Source: Octopus bimaculoides
Lineage: Eukaryota
Direction: 5' to 3'
Assembly: GCF_001194135.2 (NCBI RefSeq)
Contig: NC_068982.1
Coordinates: 72,417,260 to 72,479,680 of the forward strand
DNA length: 62,421 bases
The stretch's first letter is position 1, and each line of letters begins with the position of its first letter. Positions 13,411 through 24,807 of the stretch are shown here, in pieces. The notes under the pieces were generated by a model, which was given only the letters and a program-made list of their open reading frames with translations, was not told where the DNA came from and searched no databases. Position numbers and translations under genes: made by a program.

Positions 13411-14537
13411 TTTTTATTTATTTACCAAGGCCTATTCCCCATAGGAAGGAGTAGCCACAAGACACATACCAGGCATTCCATTCATTTCCCAGCTCAAAGA
13501 GGTGAGCCCCGTCCTATGCTCAGGTCAAGGCATAGAAAGCAACCCCGAATATCAGCAGCAGGGCCTGACAGAATATGCTAGTTTACCTGCGCTGCATCAT
13601 GGTTCTGTACCTTTTTGAGCAACACCAATTCACTCATCCATCCACAAACACTCTCCAAGCTTTCCTATCATTAATAAGCTCTCCAACACCTCTAACCACC
13701 AAAGCTTTCCGCACTCCATCCATCCACACAAACTGAGGTCTGCCTCTGGTTCTGCTGCCTACCACTTCTGCCTTCATCACTCTCCTTACCATCCGCTCCT
13801 TGTCCATCCTCTCCATGTGGCCAAACCACCTCAACATTCCTCAATCCATTCTGGTAGATTTTCTCTCATTCCTACTCGCCTTCGCACCTCATTTTTCCAT
13901 GTCACACCAACCATAGCCCTCAAACATCTCATCTCAAACACATCTAGTCACCTCCTTTCCGCCTCTCTCAGACCCCAAGTCTCTGTACCATATAACATTT
14001 TTGGCACACTCATGCCCTCATACACACCTCTTTTCGCTTTCATACTCCACCTTTTATCTCTCAGCATATCTTTCACAAATCCAAGTGTCTTAATCCCCTC
14101 CCTCACTCTATATCCCACTTCTTTAGCCAACCCCCCACCACCGCACGTGACCCCAAGTACTTAAAGACACTCACCTCCTCTAACATCTCACCATTTATAC
14201 TCACATCCATCCTACCAGCCATTCCATCTCCCGAACATCGCATCACCTTACTCTTAGCTACATTCACTTTCAGTTTCCTCTTCTCACACACTCTTCCAAA
14301 CTCTACCACCAGTCTCCTCAGTTGCTCTTCCGAATCTGCCGCCAGCGCTGTATCATCAGCAAACAACAACTGACTCACCTGCCATTTATATCTATTTTCT
14401 GCCACCATTTGAGCTCCCCTGCCAAAAGTTGTAGCATTCGCCTCTCTTACCACGCCATCAATATATAGATTAAACAGCCACAGAGACATCACACAACCCT
14501 GTCTTAAACCCACCTTCACATCAAACCACTCACTCAC
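13411..14537 (-). mobile_element. 5'-truncated RTE LINE of a second lineage, well preserved, flanked by a TSD
   Basis: Translates to GLRQGCVMSLWLFN, QLLFADDTAL, KLKVNVAKSKVM, FKYLGS, MLYGTETW, LRWFGHMERM and RGRPQFVWMDGV. TSD TTCTTGCAGAAT at 13399-13410 and 14538-14549. The tail is TAAATAAATAAAAA. Confidence 0.92.
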
Positions 14538-14869
14538 TTCTTGCAGAATACTACAACTTAATGACACCGCTTATATGGCAGTGACACTCATTTACAACTT
14601 TCACATGAAGTCAAGACAAGGACATACATGCATATAAATACATATATACATATGCGTGTGTGTTTATGTAAAATATACATATATATATATATATATACAC
14701 ATGACTGGCTTCTTTTAGTTTCCATTTACCAAATCCATCCAAAAGGCTTTGGCTAGCTTGGGGTTATATTATAAGACATGCCATGCAGTGAGACTGATCT
14801 GAAACCATGTGTTTGGGAATTTAACTTCTCAATCATACAACCATGCCTGTGTCGATTTAATAACCAAGC

Positions 14870-15422
14870 AACAACTAAAAAGCATTCATAGAATTCTGTC
14901 TGAAAAACAAAACGAAACAAAGCAAAAAATGAGAGAGAGAGAGAGAGAGAAAACCACATTCTGCAAGGGATACTCAATGATAATGCAAAGAAGTACTGAA
15001 ACAAAACAACTGTAATAACAGACGGAGGAAACAAAAGAACTGATACCAATTTTGGTATTTTGGCATATGATGTATTTTTTATTTATTTTTCTTGTTTTTG
15101 TTCTGGTCTTTTTTTAAATCTTTTAACTTATTTTTTTTTTCTCTTTTAAACTCGTCTCAATAACAGTTTATTCTATAGTTTTTAGTTTTTTTTGTGTTTG
15201 TAAATATGAATCTGGTTGCTGTTCCTACTGGAGGTAAAGGGTTTTCGTTTTTTTTTTGTTTTTGAAAATTTTTTTTTAACATTTTTGTTGCTGTTCTTGG
15301 TGGTGTGGGTATTTTTTTTGTTGATAATCTCCTTGTGAGTCAGAGGAAGAAGAAAGGGGGGAAGAGAGTGGTTTGGGTTGTTTTTTTTTTGTTTGTTTTT
15401 GTTTTGTTTTTTGGTACCAATG
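14870..15422 (-). other. Possible 3' UTR (or intron start) downstream of the ORF
   Basis: A-rich low-complexity tract on the minus strand with no recognisable TE. AATAAA occurs on the minus strand at 15172-15167 and 15087-15082. Confidence 0.3.
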
Positions 15423-18400
15423 TTACTTACCAGAGTCTGTTTGACAAATCTGCACACTGGCAGTGTTAGCTAATGGGGAACTTTGAGTCTGATGTAACCG
15501 TTGGACAGTCTCCTCTAGGCTCCTGCAAGGTGACTTAGTCGGGCCAGATGCCAAGGGGTTACCAGGTCGTTTCAGAGACGGGTGTGAAAGAATAGAATTC
15601 AGCTGTGGTTCACTCAGTTTTTGAACGTCGGCCAAGCTTATTAAAGGTACAGCTGTCACATAGCTGCTGTCACCGCTGTTGTTGACCAGATTTCCACTTT
15701 TGGCTCTGTCCGATGCCACAGCAGAAGAATTGGTCACTGTAGCAGCAGTGGTGACAAGTGTTGGTGTGAGAGTTGGAGGTGCTCGGGGAGGAGATGCTGC
15801 TGCTGCTGTTGATGATGACGACGATGGGGAGAGTGCTGCTGTTGATGAAGCAGCTGCTGTGGAAGGACTTGTTGAAGACACTACCGACGACTGCGAGTAG
15901 GAAGATGTCTTTGGGGAAGTCGACAAAGTGCTGTCTTTCGGTCCGTTGCTCGATCCCGGCACTGGAGAGCCATCAGTTGCAGTGATGACCACCACAGACG
16001 ACTTTGTACTGCAATCGAGAACAACATCGTCACCGTCATTCTCCGCAATTACTGGTAGAGGAGTTGAAGACGATGGCGATGATGTAGTGGTACCAGATGC
16101 AGCTGAGAGAGGTGTGGATGATGTTGCTGTTGTGGTGGTGGTGGTGGTAGTAAGAGAGTTAGGGTTAGAAGGAAGGGAATTTAGAGAATCACTTTGGACC
16201 TTCTCAGTGTCAACAGTAGGAGTTTGTTGGACTGTATCACTAGCAGAGTTAGATGATACAGAAGCTGTGTCCTGTCCTTTGCAAAACATGTAAGTCAACT
16301 GTGGGAAGTGGCTTTCTAAGGTACCCAGCTTTATGATCTTATTGCACTTGAGAACAGAAACTGGAAGACTGTAGTACTGAATAAAAGCCTTTTCCTCTTC
16401 ATCAGTACAGGTCGTGAGAGGAACCTTCAGTACATTCTCTAGAGCAAATAGAAACTCATTCATGCTGCACTGTGGGTAGTACAACTTGCAGACGGCTTCT
16501 ACCAATGCATAAGAACCACTGCGGTTAGGTGAGTTAATGCATGATATACTTTTGCCACGCAAGAAAATGCTAGATATGTGCTGCACAAGGGCTGAATCCA
16601 TGGGCTTTGATACTGGCTGTTGAGGTTGTGAATCTCCTTGAACCGATCCTGTCGCTGTTGGAGTTGAAGATAAAGAATACGAAATCTGTTCAGCTGCTGA
16701 AGCTTGTTGTGAAGATGATTGCTGTTGTTGGGGTTGCTGTGAAGATGACGGCTGTTGGGAGACCTTATTGGTTGTCGGCACGGGCGACGATGAGGTGAGG
16801 TTGATGGGTTGCACACTGGATGCATGCAGCACCATAGAGTTGGCTGAGATACTGTTATGGTTTGAAGATCCGGAACCACTTGCTGCTGCTGCTGATGCTA
16901 TATTTTGGATGTTAGATGCCAATGTCCGAGAGTGAGATTTGTTGACACTACTACTCACCACCATGTTAGGACTGGGGACAGTAGAGTGGGCTGCTACGGC
17001 TTGGCTAGCAGAACTGGCTTCATTGGGCCGTGTCCACAGTCCAGCCACAGCAGTGCTTTGAGTGTCTGGAATGGAGAGCAACTGCTCGTATATACTTGGT
17101 GGATGGTGGCCTTGAGGCAATGATGGTGCTGTTGTGACAGGAATGTTGCTGATGGGATGGGGATATGATGCAGATGATACAGGCATACGTACAGATGAGT
17201 TGGCTTGAGTGTAGCGGGCTATGTTGGCATAGTTCCCAGGTAAAGAACTAACAACGGCGTTCCATGCCTGGGATTGGTGCTGACTGAGGGCGCTAAGGAT
17301 TGGTCCACTCGATGCATACATATTGGCCGGATTAGAAATAGATGGCGAGGGTAGCCTTGGTAGTTGGCTCACAAGGATATTTTGACTAGTTTGATGGGCA
17401 GATCTCTGGTGGATAACTGACTGACCACCAGTTGCCTGCGATACAATTGAAGGCAAGGATTGGGTAACAACATGTCCTTTTGTTAAAAAGCTTTTCAGTA
17501 CATGAAGAGGGTTATGTTGCTTTGATGTAGGCAGTTGGCTAGGGTTTGGCAAGCCATGCTGGTTAGGATTGGCCTGCTCAGATTGCAGCCGGCTATTTCC
17601 CAGTAGGGAATTGGAAGTACTAAAGTTTGCTCGTTGTTGTTGTTGTTGGAGTGATTGTTGTTCATTACTGCTGGGAACTTTCAAAGGTAGTTGTTGTTTG
17701 GCAAAATTTAGGAAGTTTGGGTTCAGTCCACTTGGAATGACTATATTTGGATTAATAAGATTGTTTGTCATGGGTGACCGAGTTGGGTTTCCTCGTGGAC
17801 TGGGATTTCTGGGATAGGGGGGCAATGCAGTATTAAATGGATGCATAGCTTGTGTACTTGACAGAGCTGAGGAAACTGAAATATGGGAAGGGAATGCACT
17901 TAAGTGCGGAGGAGGGGGAGAAGAAAAGTTTGAGTTTTTAGTAGGGTTACCACTGAAGTCTATATAGCGAGCATGTGTGAGAGGTTTGTCCTGGGGCAGA
18001 TCAATTATTAAAGGGTTGTGGTATGTCTTGATAGTATTCAGGCTTACCAGCTTGGTACTTTTGCAAAATGAGAAATTGAAACCAGCTACTTTGCATGTTT
18101 CGTTCAGCATGTCACACTCTATTTTCGTTGGAGGCTCACCAGTGATTTGATTATCAGCTAGTAGGCCAGCAGCATAGCGTATCACAGACAAAGGAACATA
18201 TTTTCCACCATTAGACCGTTCAACGTAGGGCGTGATGGTGTTGTTGATTTGCAGCCAGCCACAGTAGTCCATAAACTGAGGCCGGTCGGACTTGCGTGGC
18301 AACGACATATCATGTGCCCTGGTATCCTCTTGCTGGTCTTCAGTAGGAAAAGACTTTTTCACGATGTCGTGGAACTGCTCAAACTCCGCCATATTAACGA

Positions 18401-19106
18401 TTAAATCTTGTGTAGTAAACAGCTGTTTGCCATACTCATAGCTACAGTGAACTGTGTTTATTTCATTCAGAAGTTTGGCCTCGTGTTCAGTAATGAAGTA
18501 ACTTGTCAGAGGATCCCTCTTACCCAGCTCATCTGGGAACGAGTTTGGGTACCGGCTGAACAGTTTCACTTCCACTATGCGTACACTCACAAATTTTTTA
18601 TCCTCTCGAAATATGAAAGGAATGTTAATACCATCAATAGTGGTCCAACCGAAGACACCCTTAATACTGGAAATATCAATGCGTTTCTCCAGGGCTTCCA
18701 TGGCTTCTTCAGAGAGTTTGTCAGAAGACTTGGTGCTGGCCAAAGACTGTGTGTGGCTAGCAGCCACAGCGGCAGCTGGGTTGGCATAGCTGCTTGTGTT
18801 TGACGGCGACCGGCTAGACAACACATTGGAGGATGATCGTTGATGGTTGACTGGTGCCGCTAACCGACTGTTGGCGTTCTGTGAGGGTTGCTGTAACTGC
18901 GTTGATAGCGAACTGACACTTCCACCACTGCTACCACCGCCACTGCTACTGCTGCTGCTTGCATTATTATTATTATTATTGTTATTGTTGCTGTTGTTGT
19001 TGCTGCTACTGTCTCCACTTGGGGTATTACTGCAGGCTACAACAGCACTGCTGTCACTTTCATCTCTTGGTTCTGCCTTTATCTGAATCGGCATATTCGG
19101 GATAGC
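15423..19106 (-). CDS. Large coding exon of an uncharacterised, probably nuclear, low-complexity protein with three divergent Ski/Sno/Dachshund-like domains
   Basis: Uninterrupted 1229-codon frame with higher GC than its flanks. The track's 'start' (TTG at 19112) lies inside a splice acceptor (T-rich tract + TTGCAG|GCT), so the exon starts at 19106 and the first in-frame ATG is at 19094 (MPIQIKAEP). The frame ends TCTG|GTAAGT-AA, either a phase-1 donor at 15430 or a TAA stop at 15425-15423. Globular islands lie at about 18350-18660, 18020-18270 and 16285-16580. Confidence 0.93.
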   Translation of the reverse strand, partial: AIPNMPIQIKAEPRDESDSSAVVACSNTPSGDSSSNNNSNNNNNNNNNASSSSSSGGGSSGGSVSSLSTQLQQPSQNANSRLAAPVNHQRSSSNVLSSRSPSNTSSYANPAAAVAASHTQSLASTKSSDKLSEEAMEALEKRIDISSIKGVFGWTTIDGINIPFIFREDKKFVSVRIVEVKLFSRYPNSFPDELGKRDPLTSYFITEHEAKLLNEINTVHCSYEYGKQLFTTQDLIVNMAEFEQFHDIVKKSFPTEDQQEDTRAHDMSLPRKSDRPQFMDYCGWLQINNTITPYVERSNGGKYVPLSVIRYAAGLLADNQITGEPPTKIECDMLNETCKVAGFNFSFCKSTKLVSLNTIKTYHNPLIIDLPQDKPLTHARYIDFSGNPTKNSNFSSPPPPHLSAFPSHISVSSALSSTQAMHPFNTALPPYPRNPSPRGNPTRSPMTNNLINPNIVIPSGLNPNFLNFAKQQLPLKVPSSNEQQSLQQQQQRANFSTSNSLLGNSRLQSEQANPNQHGLPNPSQLPTSKQHNPLHVLKSFLTKGHVVTQSLPSIVSQATGGQSVIHQRSAHQTSQNILVSQLPRLPSPSISNPANMYASSGPILSALSQHQSQAWNAVVSSLPGNYANIARYTQANSSVRMPVSSASYPHPISNIPVTTAPSLPQGHHPPSIYEQLLSIPDTQSTAVAGLWTRPNEASSASQAVAAHSTVPSPNMVVSSSVNKSHSRTLASNIQNIASAAAASGSGSSNHNSISANSMVLHASSVQPINLTSSSPVPTTNKVSQQPSSSQQPQQQQSSSQQASAAEQISYSLSSTPTATGSVQGDSQPQQPVSKPMDSALVQHISSIFLRGKSISCINSPNRSGSYALVEAVCKLYYPQCSMNEFLFALENVLKVPLTTCTDEEEKAFIQYYSLPVSVLKCNKIIKLGTLESHFPQLTYMFCKGQDTASVSSNSASDTVQQTPTVDTEKVQSDSLNSLPSNPNSLTTTTTTTTATSSTPLSAASGTTTSSPSSSTPLPVIAENDGDDVVLDCSTKSSVVVITATDGSPVPGSSNGPKDSTLSTSPKTSSYSQSSVVSSTSPSTAAASSTAALSPSSSSSTAAAASPPRAPPTLTPTLVTTAATVTNSSAVASDRAKSGNLVNNSGDSSYVTAVPLISLADVQKLSEPQLNSILSHPSLKRPGNPLASGPTKSPCRSLEETVQRLHQTQSSPLANTASVQICQTDSGK
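15425..15430 (-). promoter_or_regulatory. Consensus 5' splice donor overlapping the last codons and stop of the ORF
   Basis: Minus strand TCTG|GTAAGT, a perfect GTAAGT. Confidence 0.6.
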
Positions 19107-19135
19107 CTGCAAATAAACAAAAAAATAAAACGTTT
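19107..19135 (-). promoter_or_regulatory. 3' splice acceptor of the large exon
   Basis: Minus strand reads ...AACGTTTTATTTTTTTGTTTATTTGCAG|GCTATC, with AG at 19108-19107. Confidence 0.85.
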
Positions 19136-20040
19136 CTATAAATGTTACTTAATATATTATCATTAAAATAATACTGAACATTAATTCAGATTCAAAAAAA
19201 TTAATCACGGCTGCAATAGGAGCTAGGTCTTAAAAGACTGTTTCAAGTACAAAGACAATAGTGCTATGAAGAGAAGTAGTTAAGATATTGCAATAAATTT
19301 CAACAGTTCTACTGATATCTTAATCCTGATTAAATTAAGACATCCTTATGGGAACAGAGTATACTTAGCTTTGTGTATGTGCACTTGAGACACAAAAACT
19401 GAGTCGACTCATTTTTGACAGTGGGGTACTTTCCATTGTTCCTATGATGGAGCACACACATTTTATTTTTACTAACCAATAGAAAGAGGTTGCTAAAACT
19501 GATTTGCATATGATTAACATGTTACATCACCAGAAAAAATTTAATATGTGCAGGGAGGGATAATATAGAAAATGGTTGTAAGAAGACAGTACCCAGAGGT
19601 AAATAATGAAAGTCCCTTTTGGGAAAGAATTACTTTAGACTAATTTTTATTAAGTTTAAATTTCCATGAATTGTTGAAGAACCACAACTGATAGAGACTC
19701 AAAGACTCCAAACTGACTGATACAGAGACAATAATGGGTAAACTTTCTAAGCTGCTACTCATGAGTGAAGTATGATTTCATAACTTGTAAACCATGCCTT
19801 GGCTGCTTGTTTTAGGTGTCTATGTCATCATAAGCAGATATAAACACCTTCTTGGACCTGCTACCCATGACCACCCTCGAGGATGTTATAACTAGAAAGA
19901 GAGAGGGCTGCATGAATAGTTAGCTAGCATTCATTTTCTGCTGAGTAGACTGGAATAAAGTGAAATGGAGTATTTTGCTCAAGAACACAATGCAGTGCCT
20001 GGTCCAGGAATCAAACGCATGACTACAATCACCTTAGCTG

Positions 20041-20275
20041 GCCATGTGCCTTTGTGTACAGTGAATGACATAATGCCCATGACAACGACAAATCTTCAGA
20101 AAATACATAAATGCAGATTGTTAGATAACTTGGTATGAAAAAGGTTGAGCAAGTGTTTGAAACATTAAACATCCTAGTTATTAGGCTGTGTGCCTTTGTA
20201 TAAAGTGAATGACATAATGCTCATGACAAAGACAGATCTTCAGAAAATACATAAATGCAGATTGTTAGATAACAA
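20041..20275. repeat. Direct repeat of about 88 bp, two copies
   Basis: GTGCCTTTGT..A.AGTGAATGACATAATGC.CATGACAA.GACA.ATCTTCAGAAAATACATAAATGCAGATTGTTAGATAAC at about 20041-20130 and 20186-20272. Confidence 0.9.
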
Positions 20276-20747
20276 CTCAGTTACTCAAGTAATGTAGCAG
20301 AACGACAGTGGGGAGGGAAGAAAATTCTCAGGGACATCAGCTGCATAAAATGCTATTAGTAAGGTAAACACTAACAGTTTCAATGATTTAAAGTTAAATG
20401 CATGTCTTCTCTAGCAATTCTAAACATTCTGGTTGCTCAGCACTTCTTTTTATTGAATTATGTTTTACAACTGCCCCATCCCACCCTTTTGCTTTGCAAA
20501 AGAAAATTATTTTAACCCTTTTTTAGTGTATTTCCCTCAGGCATCTGGCTGTAAAACAATGCCTCAAATTAAGCTTATATTCTGTTATCTTTTGATGAAA
20601 GATAATACAATTCCAATCTCCCATACTTGAGACACCAGGTTTTTTCATTAAGAACACACTTTTATTGCTAACAAACTCAGCAGTAATGAAATGTGTGCAT
20701 GTGTACACACACAATCAACCTACCATTGTTGTACCTTTATTAATTAA

Positions 20748-21095
20748 CCCTTTTGTGACCAAATTTCTAATGAAGTGCACAGGTCTAACTTTCATTTAAT
20801 CCTGGAAAATAATCAATAATTTAGGAAGAAGGTTAGTAAAATACCTAATTCTTCACTCCTATTAATTTGTATATTAATATTAACCCATTTTTTAAAAATG
20901 TATTTCTGTTGAAATACACTACTTTTGATTCAATTAATTTTGAAAGTAATGAAGAATTTAGTAAAATAATTTTGTCCTGATTAATCTGATGTTTGGAACA
21001 TAAATGAAGAGGAAATTTTGATGGGAGGTTTTGATTTAGATTACTTAAAAACAAGAAGTTTGTACCATAACTGGGGGCAGTTGATATGAGATGGG
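20748..21095 (-). mobile_element. Same MITE family, reverse orientation, with an extra terminal segment
   Basis: TTAACCC at 20744 and 20880 and GGGTTAA at 21093-21099. It shares GTATTTCAACAGAAAT and TTAATTGAA motifs. A single-unit copy lies at about 29837-30064. Confidence 0.6.
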
Positions 21096-21119
21096 TTAAG
21101 CCAGTGTTTGAAACATTAA

Positions 21120-21339
21120 CCTCTTAGCAATTATACTGGCCACGTCCAGCCCAAATACGCTATCTGTTTTATGTTGAAACCAGCGAGATCCAGCCTATCA
21201 CACCTACCTTTCAATATCATTATAAAATATACAATCACATCATCAAAATTTCAAAGTTATGAGATATTGCATGATTTATTAAAAACAATATGAATGAAAA
21301 AGCATTACACCATGACAGAATAATCTGAATGCTCAAAGG
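21120..21339 (+). mobile_element. Second TTAA-flanked MITE family
   Basis: TTAA|CCTCTTAGCA...TGCTCAAAGG|TTAA. Related inverted copies lie at about 25380-25592 and 51487-51700. Confidence 0.65.
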
Positions 21340-24198
21340 TTAAAGTTCATATGAAAAATTATTATTGAAGTCTTTTTCATCTAAACACAAGCTTTTCAAA
21401 ACAGTTTTGCATCAAAGAGCATGTGGTAGTCTCAGGTGGGTCAGTATTATATCTGTGCTTTGTTATCAAATGGGTCAACATATGTGTATTAATATCATAC
21501 ATTAAGTTTACTTTATACTTAAACAATAATTTCAATTCAAAGATACTACTACTTGACACAAGTTAAAAGTGAGAGGTGGTCATAAGTTTGGTATCTTTCA
21601 TTTTATCTCTCATTGTATGCTTAGATTAAGTGGATAAAATATCATCAGGTAGACTTAATGCTTGTCTTCATTTACTAATGCATCACCCCGCCTTGCCATC
21701 TGCTATTTCAAAATTTAAATATATTAATTTTAACGTATTTTTGATATATTTAACTTCAGTCAGAAGTTAGATTCAATGACTTTTACACAAAGAATGCTCA
21801 CATTATAATCCTTTATATTTATTATTATGCACATAATGTTGGGGTGGGGGAAGCTGGCAGAATCATTAGCATGCTGGACAAGATGCTGAGCAGCATTTCT
21901 TCCAGCTCTTTATGTTCTAGGTTCAATTCTGCTAAGGTAGACTTTGCCTTTTGGGGTAGATAAAATAAGTACCAGTTGAGTATTGGAGTTGTAACTAACT
22001 GGTCCACTCCCCAAAACTTTCAGACCTTGTGCTTATAATAGAAAGGATTATCATGCATAAAATGTATATATGCTTATACACACCCCTACTCATAAACACA
22101 TACAGGTGTGTGTATGTATCATCATTATTTTTGGTTTGCTTTCCGTATTTGCAAGTGTTGGACAATTCAACAAAATCCAATGAGTTGGAGAATAATATCC
22201 TACTCCAGTGTCTCAGTTTTTGTAGTTTCAGCAGCTGGATGCTCTCTCTGACACCAACCACTTTATTTGCTGACAATAAATGTTTTTCATATAACATACA
22301 GTTTCTCAAAGTGCAGGAGATTAACACATAACCCAAATACTAGCAAGAAACAACAGAAAAGTAATTCTAATATGGGTAAGTTGTTACAAGATATAAGACT
22401 GACAGCTGATTTGAATCACTAGAGTGATGGCCTATTTTGTTAAAAGTTTTGGTTTCAATTACTAAAGTGGCCCAAGAAAAGATACTTCTCCAGTTCCTCT
22501 CTGTAAACAGTGTTAGTATTGTTTATTGATGGATTTTACTTAAGCTTATAGTGTTGGGTGAAGGCATGTGGCATGGTGGCTAGGATGTTGCACTCACAAA
22601 TCCCAAGATTGTGGTTTTAATTTCTGGACAAGGCAGTGTACTGTGTTATTAAGCAAAACACTTCATTTCACAATACTCCAGTCCACTCATCTGTAAATGA
22701 ATAACCCTACAATGGACTGGGATTGTGTTCGGGAGAAGGTAGTGATTTGGGGCACTGGGTAATTGGCTCTATGGGTCTTAGTGCATGAGACAATAATGTC
22801 TGAGAGTTGATGATGATGATGAAAAAGTGGTGGGCTCACACTGGCTATACTTATGTTAAACCAACAGCCTGTTTAATCTTGTGGTTTTAAAAACTGAAAT
22901 AAGATCAAGTATGATATGAGATCATGTGGTAATAAAGACATGAGGGTTAGGGTAGAAAATGGGTAATAATAAAATTGGAGGCAGCTGCATAGAAACTGTT
23001 AAAAAACCCCTTTCCAAAAGAATCTTAGATATAATTTTACATCCACTCATTTACATTCAATCATTTTCTTTTTGCATGCCATTCCAAGGGGTGATGGAGA
23101 CCATGGACCACCATGCCCAAAGCCTTAAGATTCATGATTTTTCTTAGGAAAGATATAACAGTAGTTTCTTCTTGCCATCTTCCAGGTGATTTATAGTTTA
23201 CTCTGCTAGCTTCCAGTTCCCACTGAGCTTATCCCTGAAGCATAGGGCCTATTTAACTGTTAGGCAGGGAAACTGTTTCTCATGACACCAGGGCATGACC
23301 ACACATCGGTGGGCCTGTGTGACAGAGGCCAATCCCAACTCCAACCCTGCACACTTAGGTCATGGGACCATCTATTATGTGACCTGTAAGTGGGGCTTTT
23401 GATAGGCACTACAACCTCAGGCCAGGGAGTGGTAGTGATTCCACATTCCTCCAAACCCCAGCCTCACAAAAATGTAATTTGACTCTTTTTCCCAGGACAA
23501 AACTATGGTCAGATATTTTTTTGTTTTACTTATTTCAGTCATTAGACTGTGACCATGTCGGGGCACTGCCTTGAAGAATTTTATTTAGTCAAATGAATCA
23601 AACCCAGTACTTATTCTAGTGGTCTCTTTTACTGAATTGCTAAGTTACAGAGACAAACACACCAACATCGGTTGTCAAGAAGTGGTGCAAGGTAAAGACA
23701 GAGACACACACATATATATGATGGACTTCTGACAGTTTCTGTTTACCAAACCCATTTGATAATTGTGAATATTTGTAATATGAATTGTGTTTTAACAGAT
23801 AGTTATTTTTGTTTTGCTGCATTTTAAAATTCAATGCTTTTCTAGCATTAAACATAAGAAATATTAGGTACTCTGAACTTGACATGCTGACAAAATACAG
23901 TTCTTATGAAAGACCATTTGCCAATGGTTATAACATTGCACACACCAGCTCAGTACTTTTTACTTTATACTAACTCCATGGAACAAACAACTTTTTTGAA
24001 GCTTTCCACTGTTCACAATGTTATAATAACAATAATAATAATAATAATAATAATAAAAACAACCCACAGCACCCCGTATGACAGTGATAAGAAGCTTGAA
24101 AAATTGTGAAAGAATGCAAGAACATTTTCAAGAATATTCTAAGTTCATAAATATTTCTCTTCAGAATAGAAAATAAAATTCTACCCACCCCCTCTCAC

Positions 24199-24757
24199 CA
24201 ACCAACCAACCAACCGTCTTGCATTCTTTTTGCTTTTAAAGAGAAAAGAAATGAGAACCACAAACAGAGCTGTTTTTCTTTTGTTTTTTTTTCTTTGCTG
24301 TTGTTCAAGCAGGTGGAAATGATTGTTGATTTCCATTGCTTCTCCGATTCTATGCATTAATAATGATTCTTCACAGAAATAAAATTTACAAAAAAGCAAA
24401 AAGAAAGAAAGAAAGAAAAAAATTCTGGGTTTCCATTTCTTTTATTTTCATTTAACTTTCAAATATGTTCATAAAATGTAACTCAATTTCTATTTAAGTT
24501 AAAATTATCACCAATAATAATAATAATAATGATGATGATGATGATGATGATAATGATAATAATAATGATAATAATAATAATAATAGAAATAACAAGTGAA
24601 TAATAATTATTGCAATGACAGTAATTTAATGCTGCTACTATTATTGATAGTATTATTATTAGTATAAAAACAACAATAATCATAACCAAATGAAAAACAA
24701 AATAACTATTATATATATACATTATACATATCTACTCTTACTATAAAAAAACTTTAA

Positions 24758-24807
<50 letters not shown>

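Noticed and set aside
15679-19086. Short ORFs overlapping the large exon on either strand
   Set aside because: Shadow frames of a low-complexity coding region with no independent features.
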